A program made the translations under genes and the position numbers. The notes under the pieces are model-generated. The model saw nothing but the letters and a program-made list of their open reading frames with translations. It had not been told where the DNA came from and searched no databases. From an uncultured Chloroflexia bacterium (GTDB lineage Bacteria > Chloroflexota > Limnocylindria > Limnocylindrales > CSP1-4), in the NCBI GenBank assembly GCA_963749705.1, contig CAVVNQ010000015.1:352001-416000 (forward strand): DNA of 64,000 nt, read 5' to 3'. Positions 9,681 to 22,138 of this stretch are shown piece after piece (the first letter of the stretch is position 1; every line of letters starts with the position of its first letter).

Positions 9681-10131
9681 CGGCGCTCGTGCCGGCCGGG
9701 ACCGGGCGAGCGAGGAACGTGCGCGCAGCCGGCGCGCCGGCCGGCGGCTGGCGCTGGCGGCGGTGTTCGAGGCCGAGTTCGGCCAGCGGACCGCGGATGC
9801 GATTCTCGAACGTCACCTTGCCACCGAGGCAGATCCGGGCGCGACGGATCTGGCCCGCGAGATCGTCGCCAACGTGTCCGCCAACCGGGACACGCTAGAT
9901 GCGCAGATCGCCGTCGCGGCGCCCCAGTATCCGGTCGTCTCGCTGGCCCGAATGGACCGCGCATTGCTGCGTTGCGCGCTGAGCGAGGTGCTACACTCGC
10001 CCGCAACGCCGGCCCGGGTGGCGATCGCCGAGTGGGTCGAGCTCGCTCGAACATACTCAGGCGAGCCGATGCGACGGCTGACAAACGGCGTCCTTGGGCG
10101 CATCGCCCGCGACCGAACCGCAACCCGATAG
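9667..10131 (+). CDS. nusB: Transcription antitermination factor NusB
   Basis: Arg-rich N-terminus, [26 protein letters not shown]. Confidence 0.92.
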   Translation: MSGPDGARAGRDRASEERARSRRAGRRLALAAVFEAEFGQRTADAILERHLATEADPGATDLAREIVANVSANRDTLDAQIAVAAPQYPVVSLARMDRALLRCALSEVLHSPATPARVAIAEWVELARTYSGEPMRRLTNGVLGRIARDRTATR

Positions 10132-10156
10132 ACATCCCGGCATCAGGAGGGAGTCA

Positions 10157-10393
10157 GTGGCCAGCACGTACGAGCGGCTGAAGAAGATCGTCATCGAGCA
10201 GTTGGGTGTCGACGAATCCGAGGTCAACCCCGAGGCGTCGTTCGTTGACGACCTGAATGCCGACTCGCTCGACCTCGTCGAGCTCATCATGAGCCTCGAG
10301 GAGGAGTTCGGGACGGAGATCTCGGATGAGGACGCCGAGAAGATCCGGACCGTGCAGGACGCCACCGACTACATCGACGAACACTCCTCCTAA
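10157..10393 (+). CDS. acpP: Acyl carrier protein
   Basis: [20 protein letters not shown] phosphopantetheine site; GTG after AGGAGG. Confidence 0.97.
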   Translation: MASTYERLKKIVIEQLGVDESEVNPEASFVDDLNADSLDLVELIMSLEEEFGTEISDEDAEKIRTVQDATDYIDEHSS

Positions 10394-10412
10394 GCACCTC
10401 GACCGGGGCGAC

Positions 10413-11276
10413 ATGCACCCGGCCGACGCCCTTACAGAGCGCCTCGGGATCCCGATCCGGGACCGGGACCTGCTCGCCCAGGCGCTGGTCCACAGCAGCT
10501 GGCTGCACGAGCATCCGGATTCCGCGCGGGGTCACAACGAGCGTCTCGAGTTCCTGGGCGATGCCGTGGTGAGCCTCGCCGTCTCCGAGGCGCTGTACCG
10601 GCGCCATCCCACCGACGACGAGGGGATCCTGTCGGCGCGCCGCGCGTCGATCGTGAGCACCCCGGGACTGGCGCGCCTGGCGGCACGCCTCGACCTCGGC
10701 TCGTTCCTGCTGCTGGGCGAAGGTGAGGCGATGCGGGGCGGGCGCGTGCGGCCGTCGTTGCTCGCCTCGGCGTTCGAGGCCCTGGTCGGTGCGATCTACC
10801 TCGACCAGGGCTGGGATGTCGTGCGTGACTGGATCCACGAGCGCGCGCGCGAGGAGCTGGCCGCGGATCCGGCGCTGACCAGCCTCAAGAGCCCCAAGAG
10901 TCGGCTCCAGGAGCACACCCAGCGTTCGACCGGCGAACGACCCGTCTACCGGCTGCTCGAGGCGGTCGGCCCGGATCACGAGAAGCATTTCCGGATCGAG
11001 GTGGCCGTCGGTGGCCGGATCCTGGGCGTGGGCGAGGGTTCCTCGCGACGGATCGCCGAGACGTCGGCCGCCGCCGAGGCCCTCGAGGTGATCCGCCGCG
11101 AGCGCGCCGCCGCGAAGGGCCGCCGGGCCGTCGCTCGAACGCCCTCGGTGGACGACGGACAACCCGTGACCGGCGCAGATCCCGGATCCGAGCCCGGCGC
11201 CGATCAGCGATCCGAGACCGGCGCCGATCCCGGCGATCTCGGCTCCGCGCGCTCGCCAGCCGAGCCACCCGCGTGA
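10413..11276 (+). CDS. rnc: Ribonuclease III
   Basis: HNERLEFLGDAV signature, dsRBD (PKSRLQE...GPDH) and a low-complexity C-tail. Confidence 0.97.
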   Translation: MHPADALTERLGIPIRDRDLLAQALVHSSWLHEHPDSARGHNERLEFLGDAVVSLAVSEALYRRHPTDDEGILSARRASIVSTPGLARLAARLDLGSFLLLGEGEAMRGGRVRPSLLASAFEALVGAIYLDQGWDVVRDWIHERAREELAADPALTSLKSPKSRLQEHTQRSTGERPVYRLLEAVGPDHEKHFRIEVAVGGRILGVGEGSSRRIAETSAAAEALEVIRRERAAAKGRRAVARTPSVDDGQPVTGADPGSEPGADQRSETGADPGDLGSARSPAEPPA

Positions 11277-14200
11277 CCGCACCTGCCCGCCTGCTCGGCC
11301 TGCGCGTCCAGGGCTTCAAGTCGTTCGCAGAACGGACGCTGGTCGAGTTCGGCCCCGGGATCAGCGCCGTCGTCGGGCCCAACGGCTCGGGCAAGTCGAA
11401 CCTCGCCGATTCGCTGCGCTGGGCGCTCGGCGAGCAGGGACGATCGCTCAGGATCCGGCGCAGCGAGGACGTGATCTGGGCGGGGTCGGAGCGCCGCGCC
11501 GCGCTGGGCATGGCCGACGTCACGCTGGTGCTCGACAACGCGGATGGGCTGCTGGCGGTCGAGTACTCGGTGGTGGAGCTGGGACGACGCCTGTACCGGT
11601 CCGGCGAGAACGACTACCTGCTCAACCGCCAGCGGGTCCGCCTGCGTGACCTGGTGGACATGCTCGACAGCGCGAACCTCGCCGAGAATGCGTTCCTGTT
11701 CATCGGCCAGGGCATGGTCGACCAGGCGCTCGCCCTGCGTCCGGAGGAGCGTCGCCCCCTGTTCGAGGAGGTCGCCGGCGTTCGCCGTCACGAGCGCCGG
11801 CGTCGAAAGGCCGAGGACCAGCTCGCCGAGGCCGAGGCGAACCTTGCACGGGTCGAGGACATCCTGGCCGAGCTCCGACCGCAGGCGCGCCGGCTGGGCC
11901 AGCTGGCGGAGCAGCAGGCCACCCGGCTGACCGCGGGCGAGGAGCTGGCGGCGGCGTTGATCGCGGCGGCGCATGGTCGATGGCACGAGGCCGCCGGCCG
12001 GGCCTCGGATGCCGAGGCCCGTCGTGACGCGCTGCGTACGGGAGCGGAGCGCGCACTGCAGGCGCTCGAGACGGCCGAGACGGCCGTCGCCGAGATCAGC
12101 GCATCGATGTCCGCCCGTGCCGACGCCGAACGCGGGGCGCGCGAGACGCACGAGGTGATCCGGGCCGAGCTGACGTCGCTCGGGCTCCGGGAGGCGCGCG
12201 CGAATGCCGAGCTCGAGGCCGCGGCCCGGGACCGGGCCCGGATGCTCGCCGAGCGGAGCGCCGCGGAGGCCGACCTCGCCGTGCACCGCCGGACCCTCGC
12301 CGAGACCGTGCCGGACCGGGACCCGGAGCTCGAGGCGTCGCTCGCCGAGGCCGATCGTGCCCTCGCCGAGGCCCTCTCGGAGCTCAGCGCGCTGCGCGCC
12401 GCCAGCCGTGCCCGGGGCGACGAGGTCGCCACCCTCCGGCGCGCCGAGGCAGCGCGCGCCGCGGAGGCCGAGACCGCACGCCGTCGTGGTGCGGAGGCGA
12501 CCCGCCGCGCCGACGAAGAACAGGCACGCGCGGCCGAATCGGCGGCCCGTCGCGAGCAGCTCGAGGCCGCGCTGCAGGAGGCGAGAGAGGCGCTCGCGAC
12601 GGCGACCGCCGCCGAGGGGTCGGCGATTGCCGAACGAGAGGCCGCACGCGCCACGACGGACGCGGCGGACGGCACGCGGCGCGCCGTTGCCGAGCGCTCG
12701 GCGCGAGCCGGCACGATGCTCGCCGCCGCACGTGGCCGGCTCGAGCAGCTCCAGCAGCGCCTCGCAGAGGACGAGGATCGGGGGATCGCCCGGGCCGCCA
12801 GGAAGATCGGCGGCCGGCGGCTCGACGAGGACCTCGGGGTCGACCCTCCGATGCGGGCCGCGGTCGAGGCTGCGCTTGGCGACCTCGTCCGCGCGTATGT
12901 GGTCGGCCGCGACGGCGCCGCGTCGTTGGCGGGCGAACGCGGCCACCTCGTCGTCCGCGAGCAGCTCGACGCCCCGGAACGGCTCGGGGCCGCGGCCGCG
13001 AACGACGTGCGGCGGCTCGACGATGCCCTGGCCGCGGCCGGTGGCGGGCGGCTGGGGGACGCCGTTCGCAGGGACCCGAACGGTGCCGCGCGCAAGGTCC
13101 TTGCCCGAGCGGCCTGGGTTCCGGATCTGTCGTCAGCGCTCAGCGTCCAGCCATACCTGCCGTCGGGATGGCTGCTCGTCACCAGGGATGGCGGCGCCGT
13201 TGTGGATGCGGTCACGATCCGGGTCGGCCGGACCGACTCGCCCCTCGAACGCCGGGCCGAGACCGACCGGCTGGCGCGCGAGCTGGCCGCGCTGGAGGCG
13301 GAGGCCCGCGAGGCCGATCGCGAGAGCGAGCAGGCCGCCGTCGCCGCCGCACAGGCCCGGTCGAGCCTCGAGCGGGCGCGGGTTGCCGAGGCCGAGGCCG
13401 TCTCGCAGCGTCGCCGCGCCGAGGAGGTCGAGCGCGGTGCGGGCCGTGCCCTCGAGGCGGCGACCCGCGAGGCTGCATGGCACCAGGCGCAGGCGGAGCG
13501 ACTCGGCGCGGAGGCCGCCCGGGCCGACGCAGCGGCCGCGGTCTTCCGGACGCAGCCGCCGGGGCGATCGGTCGAGGCCACCACGGAGTCGCCCGAGGAA
13601 GCCGACGCGCTTGCGGCGTGGGAGGCGCGGGCCGCGGAGCTCCGCGCTCGGCGTGACCGGATCGCGAGCGACGTCGGCTCGAACGAGCAGGCGAGGCGCG
13701 AGGCGGACGCCCGCCGCGCGCGAGCCGAGGCGGCCGTTGCGCTCGCGGATGCCCGGATCGCCGGCGTGGCCCGCGATCTCGGGGCACTGGCGGAGCGCGA
13801 GCTTGCGGCCGGGGCGGAGCGCGACATCGTACGCGCGGAGCTGGCTGCGGCCGCCACGCGCGAGGAGCGAGCGCGGGAGATCCTCGACGACATGCTGGCG
13901 GACGATCGCGCGGAGCGCGCGCGCCTCGCCGAAGCGGAGCAGGCGGCAGTGGCCGCCCGGGAGCGACTGCGCGCCACCGACGATCGCGCCCGATCGGCCG
14001 ATGTCGCCGCCCTCGAGGCGCGGCTGGGACTCGACGCGCTGCGCGAGCAGCTGCTGCTGGAGCTCGCTGGGCTGGGCGAGGTCGGGCTCCGGCACCTCGC
14101 CGAGGCGGCGCACCTGGACGACGGGTCGACGGCCGCCCCGGGTACACCTGCGGAACCTGTCGGCCGCCCGGTCCCAGTCGACCCCGCCACCGACGACCCT

Positions 14201-15004
14201 GACGACGCCGCGAGCGTCGACGGATCCGTCGAGAGCGCGGCGCTCGAGGCCGCCCTCGAATCGCTGGCCCCGCGCTGGGCTTCGACGCCGCCGTCGGGAG
14301 ACCTGCCATCACCTGGCAGGCTCGCGGTGCTCCGCCGGCGCTTCCACGAGATGGGGGCGGCCAATCCGTTCGCCGTCGACGAATACCGCTCGGTTCGGGC
14401 ACGCCTTGAATCGCTCGACGGGCAGCACCTCGACCTGCGCGAGGCGATCGCGAGGACGCGAACCCTGATCGCGGACCTGGATGCGCTGATCAGCACGCAG
14501 TTCCGGGCGACGTTCGCCGCCCTCGAGGTCGCGTTCGACGCGCGCTTCCAGCAGCTGTTCGGGGGCGGGTTTGCGAAGCTCTCGCTGACCGACCCGACCG
14601 ACCTTGCATCGACCGGCATCGAGATCACGGCGCGGCCGCCGGGCAAGAAGGCCCAGGCGCTGTCGATGCTCTCGGGAGGGGAGCGCGCGCTCACGGCGGT
14701 GGCCCTGCTGTTCGCCATGCTCGAGGTGCGGCCCGCACCGTTCTGCGTGCTCGACGAGGTGGACGCCGCCCTCGACGAGGCCAACGTCGGTCGCTTCACC
14801 GAGGCCCTGCGCGGTCTTGCCGAGCGTACCCAGTTCATCGTGATCACCCACAATCGCGGGACGATCGAGGCCGCGGACGCCCTGTACGGCGTGACCGTGG
14901 GTGACAATTCCGTGAGCCGGGTCATCAGCCTCCGTCTCGAGGAGGCGCAGGCCATCGCCGATCACCGGCGCGCCGAGGCGCGATCGGTGCTGGCTGGCAG
15001 CTGA
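11273..15004 (+). CDS. smc: Chromosome partition protein SMC
   Basis: GFKSF, Walker [10 protein letters not shown], long coiled coils, [14 protein letters not shown]; rnc-smc-ftsY synteny. Confidence 0.95.
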   Translation: MTAPARLLGLRVQGFKSFAERTLVEFGPGISAVVGPNGSGKSNLADSLRWALGEQGRSLRIRRSEDVIWAGSERRAALGMADVTLVLDNADGLLAVEYSVVELGRRLYRSGENDYLLNRQRVRLRDLVDMLDSANLAENAFLFIGQGMVDQALALRPEERRPLFEEVAGVRRHERRRRKAEDQLAEAEANLARVEDILAELRPQARRLGQLAEQQATRLTAGEELAAALIAAAHGRWHEAAGRASDAEARRDALRTGAERALQALETAETAVAEISASMSARADAERGARETHEVIRAELTSLGLREARANAELEAAARDRARMLAERSAAEADLAVHRRTLAETVPDRDPELEASLAEADRALAEALSELSALRAASRARGDEVATLRRAEAARAAEAETARRRGAEATRRADEEQARAAESAARREQLEAALQEAREALATATAAEGSAIAEREAARATTDAADGTRRAVAERSARAGTMLAAARGRLEQLQQRLAEDEDRGIARAARKIGGRRLDEDLGVDPPMRAAVEAALGDLVRAYVVGRDGAASLAGERGHLVVREQLDAPERLGAAAANDVRRLDDALAAAGGGRLGDAVRRDPNGAARKVLARAAWVPDLSSALSVQPYLPSGWLLVTRDGGAVVDAVTIRVGRTDSPLERRAETDRLARELAALEAEAREADRESEQAAVAAAQARSSLERARVAEAEAVSQRRRAEEVERGAGRALEAATREAAWHQAQAERLGAEAARADAAAAVFRTQPPGRSVEATTESPEEADALAAWEARAAELRARRDRIASDVGSNEQARREADARRARAEAAVALADARIAGVARDLGALAERELAAGAERDIVRAELAAAATREERAREILDDMLADDRAERARLAEAEQAAVAARERLRATDDRARSADVAALEARLGLDALREQLLLELAGLGEVGLRHLAEAAHLDDGSTAAPGTPAEPVGRPVPVDPATDDPDDAASVDGSVESAALEAALESLAPRWASTPPSGDLPSPGRLAVLRRRFHEMGAANPFAVDEYRSVRARLESLDGQHLDLREAIARTRTLIADLDALISTQFRATFAALEVAFDARFQQLFGGGFAKLSLTDPTDLASTGIEITARPPGKKAQALSMLSGGERALTAVALLFAMLEVRPAPFCVLDEVDAALDEANVGRFTEALRGLAERTQFIVITHNRGTIEAADALYGVTVGDNSVSRVISLRLEEAQAIADHRRAEARSVLAGS

Positions 15005-15016
15005 GCGGAGGTTCCC

Positions 15017-16249
15017 GTGCGCCTGTTCCGCCGCGGCTCGCCGCCGCCCGAGTCCGAACCCCGACAGCCGCCCGAGGCCGAAGGTCCGCCGCGCGACGCC
15101 AAACCGGAGCAGCCGCCCGAGCCTGAAGCGGTCTCGCCGCCCGAGCTCGAACCCCGACAGGCTCCCGAGGCCGAGGGCCCGCCGCCCGACCTCGAGCCCG
15201 GCCCGTCGTCCGAGCCCGTGGCGGCCGGCGGGCCTGAGCCCGCACCCGGGGGACCCGAGCCCGTGGCGGCCGGCCCCGGTGCCCAGGACGAACCCGCCCC
15301 GCAATGGGCATGGGGCGCCGACTGGTCCGCGGAGAAGGCCGATGCCGCGCGCCGGGAGCGCGAGCGCGAGCAGCTCGAGCACGGACTCGAACGCTCACGG
15401 ACCGGGTTCGCCGCTCGGCTGCGCGGCGCCTTCGGGACTGGTGGAGATGCCGACTGGGACGACATCGAGGAGACCCTCATCACGGGTGACGTCGGCGCCG
15501 TGCTGTCGATGGCGATCGTCGAGCGGGCTCGCGACCGGCGCAACATCCCCGCCGGGGACGCCGTCCGGGCCGAGCTCGCCGCGCTGCTCGCTCCCCGCGA
15601 TGCCGAGCATTGGGAGCCCATCCCGGCCGTGGATGGCGGTCCCGCGATCGTGCTCGTCGTCGGGGTCAACGGCACGGGCAAGACGACGACCATCGGCAAG
15701 CTCGCCGCTCGTGAGCGCGCGAACGGCCGCCGGGTCGTGCTCGCGGCGGCCGACACGTTCCGTGCCGCGGCCATCGACCAGCTGCGGATCTGGGCCACGC
15801 GCACCGGGTCGGAGATCGTCGCCCATGCGCCGAACGCCGATCCGGCGGCCGTCGTGTTCGATGCGCTCGACGCCGCCGTGGCACGCCACGCGGACCTGGT
15901 GATCGCCGACACGGCGGGTCGGCTCCACACCAAGTCCAACCTGATGGAGGAGCTGGCGAAGGTCCGGCGCGTCATCGACAAGCGGCTGCCGGGTGCGCGC
16001 GTCGAGACGTTCTTCGTGCTCGATGCGACGACCGGACAGAACGGCCTCGCCCAGGCAAAGGCGTTCCATGCGGCGGTCGGCCTCACGGGCGTGATCCTGA
16101 CCAAGCTCAATTCGACGGCCAAGGGCGGGATCGTGTTCGCGATCGAGCACGAGCTCGGCGTCCCGGTCCGTTTCGTGGGCGTGGGCGAGCAGGCAGATGA
16201 CCTGCTGCCGTTCGATCCCCGGGAGTTCGTCGCCGCCCTGTTCGACTGA
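15017..16249 (+). CDS. ftsY: SRP receptor FtsY
   Basis: [25 protein letters not shown]; Pro/Glu-rich repetitive N-terminus; G4 reads TKLN. Confidence 0.96.
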   Translation: MRLFRRGSPPPESEPRQPPEAEGPPRDAKPEQPPEPEAVSPPELEPRQAPEAEGPPPDLEPGPSSEPVAAGGPEPAPGGPEPVAAGPGAQDEPAPQWAWGADWSAEKADAARREREREQLEHGLERSRTGFAARLRGAFGTGGDADWDDIEETLITGDVGAVLSMAIVERARDRRNIPAGDAVRAELAALLAPRDAEHWEPIPAVDGGPAIVLVVGVNGTGKTTTIGKLAARERANGRRVVLAAADTFRAAAIDQLRIWATRTGSEIVAHAPNADPAAVVFDALDAAVARHADLVIADTAGRLHTKSNLMEELAKVRRVIDKRLPGARVETFFVLDATTGQNGLAQAKAFHAAVGLTGVILTKLNSTAKGGIVFAIEHELGVPVRFVGVGEQADDLLPFDPREFVAALFD

Positions 16250-16642
16250 CGAGCGAATGGCTCGGTCGGCGCGCACTCCTGGGCGTGACTCACCGGGTGC
16301 ATCAACCGCGGCGCCCACCTGGCCGGATCCCGACCGAAGCGAGCGTTCCGGTGCCGGAGACTCGTCTCTGGGCCCCGGATTGACGCGCAGGCTGAGTCAG
16401 CGCCACCGGGGCCGTGCGCGGTGCCGGGATGGTGCGCGCAGCAGGGTCGGATCCTTCGGCTTCGTGCGCGCTGCAGGGGGTGGGCCCTGCCGGTGGAGCC
16501 GGCGGCGAACCGGTGCGCGGCAGCAACGCCTTTCGTGAAATACCGGTCCCAAGGGCACTGCACCGCACCGACGCGGATGGCTAAGTTCGGGGTCAGTGCC
16601 CTGGGTGATCCGGGCGATCGGACTCGAGAACAGGAGGATTCC

Positions 16643-17464
16643 ATGGCGAACCTGGCGTGGCTGCGGCATTCCCGGAAGGCCACGTTCATCACGGTGTTGC
16701 TGGCGCTCTCGCTGATCACGGCGGGTGCCGCGATCGGGGCGTCGTCGAAGACGACGTACACGCCCCAGAAGGCCGACCAGATCACCAACATCGACGTGCT
16801 CCGGATCCAGATCGAGCGCTACTACGGCGATCAGGACAAGACGGGGACCTTCCGCGCCGACAGCAACTACGCGAAGGAGGCGCGCTCCGTCGCAGCGGCA
16901 GGCGCGCGCTGGCTCACGTCGCAGGCAGGCAAGTCCTCCGGGATGCCGGCGATCGTGCTCGACGTTGACGACACGACGCTCACGACCTGGAACTACGAGA
17001 TCGCCAGCAACTGGGCGTACAACCCGACGACCAACGGCAACTACGTCACCGGCCAGCTGTTCCCTGCCACTCCGGGAATGGTCGCGATGGTCAACCAGGC
17101 CGCGGCCGAGGGCTACGCGATCTTCTACATCACCGGCCGGCCGAGCACTCAGGCCGACGCCACGGTCGGCAACCTCGGCCACGACGGCGTGGGTGTCGAC
17201 GCGGGGTACCCGATCAACCCGGCCAACCTGTTCACCAAGCCGGCGATCGCGGACTATCCCGCCTACCTGCAGACGGCCTGCGCCGACGATATCGCCGCGG
17301 GGCATTCCTGCACGACGATCCACTACAAGTCGGCGACCCGGGCCTACATCGAGTCGATGGGCTACGACATCGTGGCCAGCTTCGGGGACCAGTACAGCGA
17401 TCTGATCGGCGGCTACGCCGACCGCACGTTCAAGATGCCCAACCCGAACTACTACCTGCCGTAG
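16643..17464 (+). CDS. Exported HAD-superfamily (class B-like) acid phosphatase
   Basis: Signal peptide; HAD motifs DVDDT, ITGR, K and GDQYSD; C-terminal PNPNY; ATG after AGGAGG. Confidence 0.85.
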   Translation: MANLAWLRHSRKATFITVLLALSLITAGAAIGASSKTTYTPQKADQITNIDVLRIQIERYYGDQDKTGTFRADSNYAKEARSVAAAGARWLTSQAGKSSGMPAIVLDVDDTTLTTWNYEIASNWAYNPTTNGNYVTGQLFPATPGMVAMVNQAAAEGYAIFYITGRPSTQADATVGNLGHDGVGVDAGYPINPANLFTKPAIADYPAYLQTACADDIAAGHSCTTIHYKSATRAYIESMGYDIVASFGDQYSDLIGGYADRTFKMPNPNYYLP

Positions 17465-17665
17465 GCGACACCGCTTCGCCGCCCGAAGCCGCCGGTCGCA
17501 GCCGCGACCGGCGGCCTTCTCGTCCCCGCGACCCGGCATGGCCAGGCGCGCCGCCACGGCGCATGACGTACACTCGCCCCGCCTCGGTGTCGCCAGAACC
17601 CGCGCACCACCCGCCGGCCTCCGCCGTGCGTGCATCCCCTCCGCAGTCAGGGTCGCCGCCGTTCC

Positions 17666-19000
<1,335 letters not shown>

Positions 19001-19013
19001 CAGGGGGTCTGTG

Positions 19014-20840
19014 ATGACCGACCAGGATCCCGGGCTGAGCCGACAGGCGACACCGGGCGCAAGCGAAGCGATCGAGCCGCCGACGGCGGCGGCGACCCAG
19101 GCCGTCGAGCGCACGCCCGCCCCGGGGCGGGCAGCCGCGGGCGCGGGGCGCAGCCGCATCCGCTGGATCGCCGCGCTGGTGATCACGGTGCTCGTGGTCT
19201 CGGTCGCCGCGGCTGCGACGCTCATGCTGACGGCGGCCGCAGGAGACCCGGACGTCCTCGCCTGGGCGCCGAAGGACAGCGTTGCCTACGCGGAGCTGCG
19301 GCTCGACCTGCCCGGCAGCCAGGAGGCCGAGCTCGCCAAGGCGATGCGGGCGTTCCCGGGCTTTGACGACCAGGCGGCGTTCCCGACCAAGCTGAGCGAG
19401 GCGCTCGACCAGCTGGTCAAGGGCGCGACCGACGGCAACATGAGCTACCAGACCGACATCGAGCCGTGGTTCGGTGGCCAGGTCTCGATCAGCATCGGCC
19501 CGCTGCCCCGCTCCGCGGACGCGAGCTCAGCCCGCGGCCTGCTGCTCGCCAGCGTCACCGATCCGACCGCGGCATCGGCCTGGGCGGACAAGCTGCTCGC
19601 GACGACCGGAGCCAAGAGCTCGACGGAGTCCTACAGCGGCGTGACGATCACCACGGTCACCCCACCGGCGTCGGCCGGGAGTGTCGCCGACGGCATGCAG
19701 GGCGCCTACGCCGTATTCGGCTCCGTGATCGGCGTCGGGGACGTCGCGTCTGTCAAGGCCGCGATCGACACCAAGGGCACCGGCGGGCTCGCGACGAACG
19801 ACCAGTTCAAGACGGCGGCTGCCTCCGTGTCCGGTGACCGGCTGGGCTTCGCCTACGTCGACACGGCCGCCATGGCGGCCGGCGCGGCGGCCATCGGCGG
19901 CGATGCCGTCGCGTCCGCGATGCCGGAGCTACCGGTGACGCTCACCGATCTGGCGCCCCCGTGGGCCGCCGCGTCGCTGCGGGCGAGCGGTGGCTCGTTC
20001 GTGGTCGAGACGCGGATGCCGCACCGCGACACGCTGGGCCCGGCGAAGTCGGCAGAATCGAAGCTGCCGTCCGTGCTCCCGGCGACGACGCTCGCGCTCG
20101 TCGAGGGCCACGACGTAGGGGCAAGCCTGGAGCGGCTCAAGACGATGCTGGCCGCGGATCCTTCGCTGGCGGACGGCGTCAGCCAGGTCGACGGCGCTCT
20201 GACCCTGCTCGGCGGATTGCCCGCCATCGTCGACTGGATGGACGAGGCCGGGATCGTGATCACGCGCGACGGCGACGGGATCACCGGCGGGCTGGTGGTG
20301 ACACCGACCGACCGGGCGGCGGCGGACCGACTGCTGACGCAGCTGCGGGCGTTCCTGACCCTCGCCGGTGGCAGCAGCGGGATCACGTTCAGCGACGAGA
20401 AGTACGGCGACGCCACGATCACGACGGTTGACCTGGGCGACATCGGCGCGCTCGCCGGTTCGGGTCTCGGTGGCGACACCGGCATGATCCCGTCCAACAT
20501 CACCATCGCGTACGCCGTCACCGACCAGGTGGTCGCCATCGGATCGGGAACGCCGTTCGTGAAGGCCGTCCTCGACGCTCGCGGCGGCGACTCGCTCGCA
20601 TCCAGCGACCGGTTCACCCAGGCGCTGGGCCAGGTCGACAAGTCCCACGGAACGTTGCTGTGGCTCGACACCGCCGGGATCCGCAGCTTCCTCGAGTCGC
20701 AGGCGCCGGCCTCGGGGATGACCAACTACGACACCAACGCCAAGCCCTACCTGGACGCGTTCGATGCGATCATCGGAACCTTCACCCCGGGTGACACGGT
20801 CGACCGTGGAACGCTCGTGATCCGCGTCACCGGTTCGTAG
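19014..20840 (+). CDS. Membrane-anchored extracellular protein, DUF3352-like
   Basis: One N-terminal TM helix; YQTDIEPWFGGQV segment resembling DUF3352 proteins; two similar halves. Confidence 0.6.
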   Translation: MTDQDPGLSRQATPGASEAIEPPTAAATQAVERTPAPGRAAAGAGRSRIRWIAALVITVLVVSVAAAATLMLTAAAGDPDVLAWAPKDSVAYAELRLDLPGSQEAELAKAMRAFPGFDDQAAFPTKLSEALDQLVKGATDGNMSYQTDIEPWFGGQVSISIGPLPRSADASSARGLLLASVTDPTAASAWADKLLATTGAKSSTESYSGVTITTVTPPASAGSVADGMQGAYAVFGSVIGVGDVASVKAAIDTKGTGGLATNDQFKTAAASVSGDRLGFAYVDTAAMAAGAAAIGGDAVASAMPELPVTLTDLAPPWAAASLRASGGSFVVETRMPHRDTLGPAKSAESKLPSVLPATTLALVEGHDVGASLERLKTMLAADPSLADGVSQVDGALTLLGGLPAIVDWMDEAGIVITRDGDGITGGLVVTPTDRAAADRLLTQLRAFLTLAGGSSGITFSDEKYGDATITTVDLGDIGALAGSGLGGDTGMIPSNITIAYAVTDQVVAIGSGTPFVKAVLDARGGDSLASSDRFTQALGQVDKSHGTLLWLDTAGIRSFLESQAPASGMTNYDTNAKPYLDAFDAIIGTFTPGDTVDRGTLVIRVTGS

Positions 20841-20912
20841 CACGCCACAATTGCCAGCCAAGCACGCCGGGACCCCGCCCAAGGGCCGGCTCATGGAGGA
20901 GCACCGCACCAC

Positions 20913-21167
20913 ATGTCCGTCCGCATCCGCCTGACCCGCGTGGGGGCGACCAAGCAGCCGACATACCGGCTGGTCGTCGCCGACAGCCGTTCCGCCCGGG
21001 ACGGCCGCGCGATCGACACGATCGGCCACTACAACCCCCGGACCGATCCGATCGAGATCAACATCGACGAGGCCAAGGCACGGGACTGGCTCGCCAAGGG
21101 CGCGCAGCCGTCCGACACCGTCAAGCGCCTGTTCAGGAAGGCCGGCGTCATGCCGGAGTACAAGTAG
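20913..21167 (+). CDS. rpsP: 30S ribosomal protein S16
   Basis: [11 protein letters not shown]...[15 protein letters not shown]...GAQPSDTV. Confidence 0.98.
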   Translation: MSVRIRLTRVGATKQPTYRLVVADSRSARDGRAIDTIGHYNPRTDPIEINIDEAKARDWLAKGAQPSDTVKRLFRKAGVMPEYK

Positions 21168-21174
21168 GCCCGGG

Positions 21175-21408
21175 ATGGCAGCAGCAGAACTCGTCGCCTA
21201 CGTCGCCAAGTCCCTGGTCGATGACCCGGACGCCGTCAGCGTCGAGGTCGTGAACGGGGAGGACGGCACCATCATCGAGCTGCACGTGGCCGAGTCCGAC
21301 ATGGGCAAGGTCATCGGGCGCAACGGGAGCGTCGCCAAGGCGCTGCGGACGCTGCTCAAGGTGACCTCCGCTCGCACGGGCGAGCCGGTCAGCCTCGAGA
21401 TCGTCTGA
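21175..21408 (+). CDS. khpA: KH-domain RNA-binding protein KhpA
   Basis: 77 aa, DMGKVIGRNG (GxxG KH loop); lies between rpsP and rimM. Confidence 0.92.
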   Translation: MAAAELVAYVAKSLVDDPDAVSVEVVNGEDGTIIELHVAESDMGKVIGRNGSVAKALRTLLKVTSARTGEPVSLEIV

Positions 21409-21431
21409 GTCGAGGCGCTCACCTGGGCCGC

Positions 21432-22138
21432 GTGACCGGACCCGGCGACCCGGATCCCCGGGTTGCCGCCGCCGCCCCCGACCGGCTCGTCGTCGCCCTG
21501 GTCCGCGGGCTGCGCGGGTTGCGGGGGCAGGTCCGTGTCGAGGTGCTCACCGACCGTCCGGAGGACCGCTTCACGGTCGGCGCCCGGCTGTACCTCGAGG
21601 GTTCCCCCGACGCCCTGACGATCTCCGACGCAACGCCGGTCGCGGACGGGCGGGGCTGGTGGCTCCGGTTCCGCGAGGTACCCGACCGCGACACAGCGGA
21701 CACGCTCCGCGACCGGTACCTCGAGATCGACGCCCCGAACGAGCCGCGTGAGCCCGGGCGCTGGTTCTTCCACGAGCTCCTCGGGCTCGCCGTCCGCTCC
21801 GGCACGGGCGACGAGCTCGGCTCGATCACCGACATCTACCGCGCCGGCGGCGCCGAGGTGTTCGTCGTCCGCGGGCCGCGCGGCGAGCTGGACATCCCGG
21901 GCGTCCGCGGGATCGTGCTCGATCTCGCGCCCGAGCGCGGCGAGATGATCGTGGACCTCGATGCGCTCGCCCTCGACGCGCGGCCGGTCGAGGACGAGGA
22001 CTACGTCCGGCCGCGCGACCGTCGTCCGCGCAAGCAGCCGCGGCGATCGAAGCGCGTCAACCCGCCCGACGGGTCCGGACCGGGCGGGGCTCCGGGGCTC
22101 CGGGGGCGCCGCCGACCGCCCCGCCGGCCGCCGGCTGA
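21432..22138 (+). CDS. rimM: Ribosome maturation factor RimM (probable 1-nt frameshift in tail; as written the frame runs on to 22616)
   Basis: [21 protein letters not shown] and a PRC-barrel-like C-terminus; the expected coupled stop (TGATG at 22136-22140) is out of frame by one base. Confidence 0.85.

Noticed and set aside
9369-10393. No fabH/fabD/fabG between plsX and acpP
   Set aside because: Gene order here is variable between lineages, and absence from one window says nothing about the genome.
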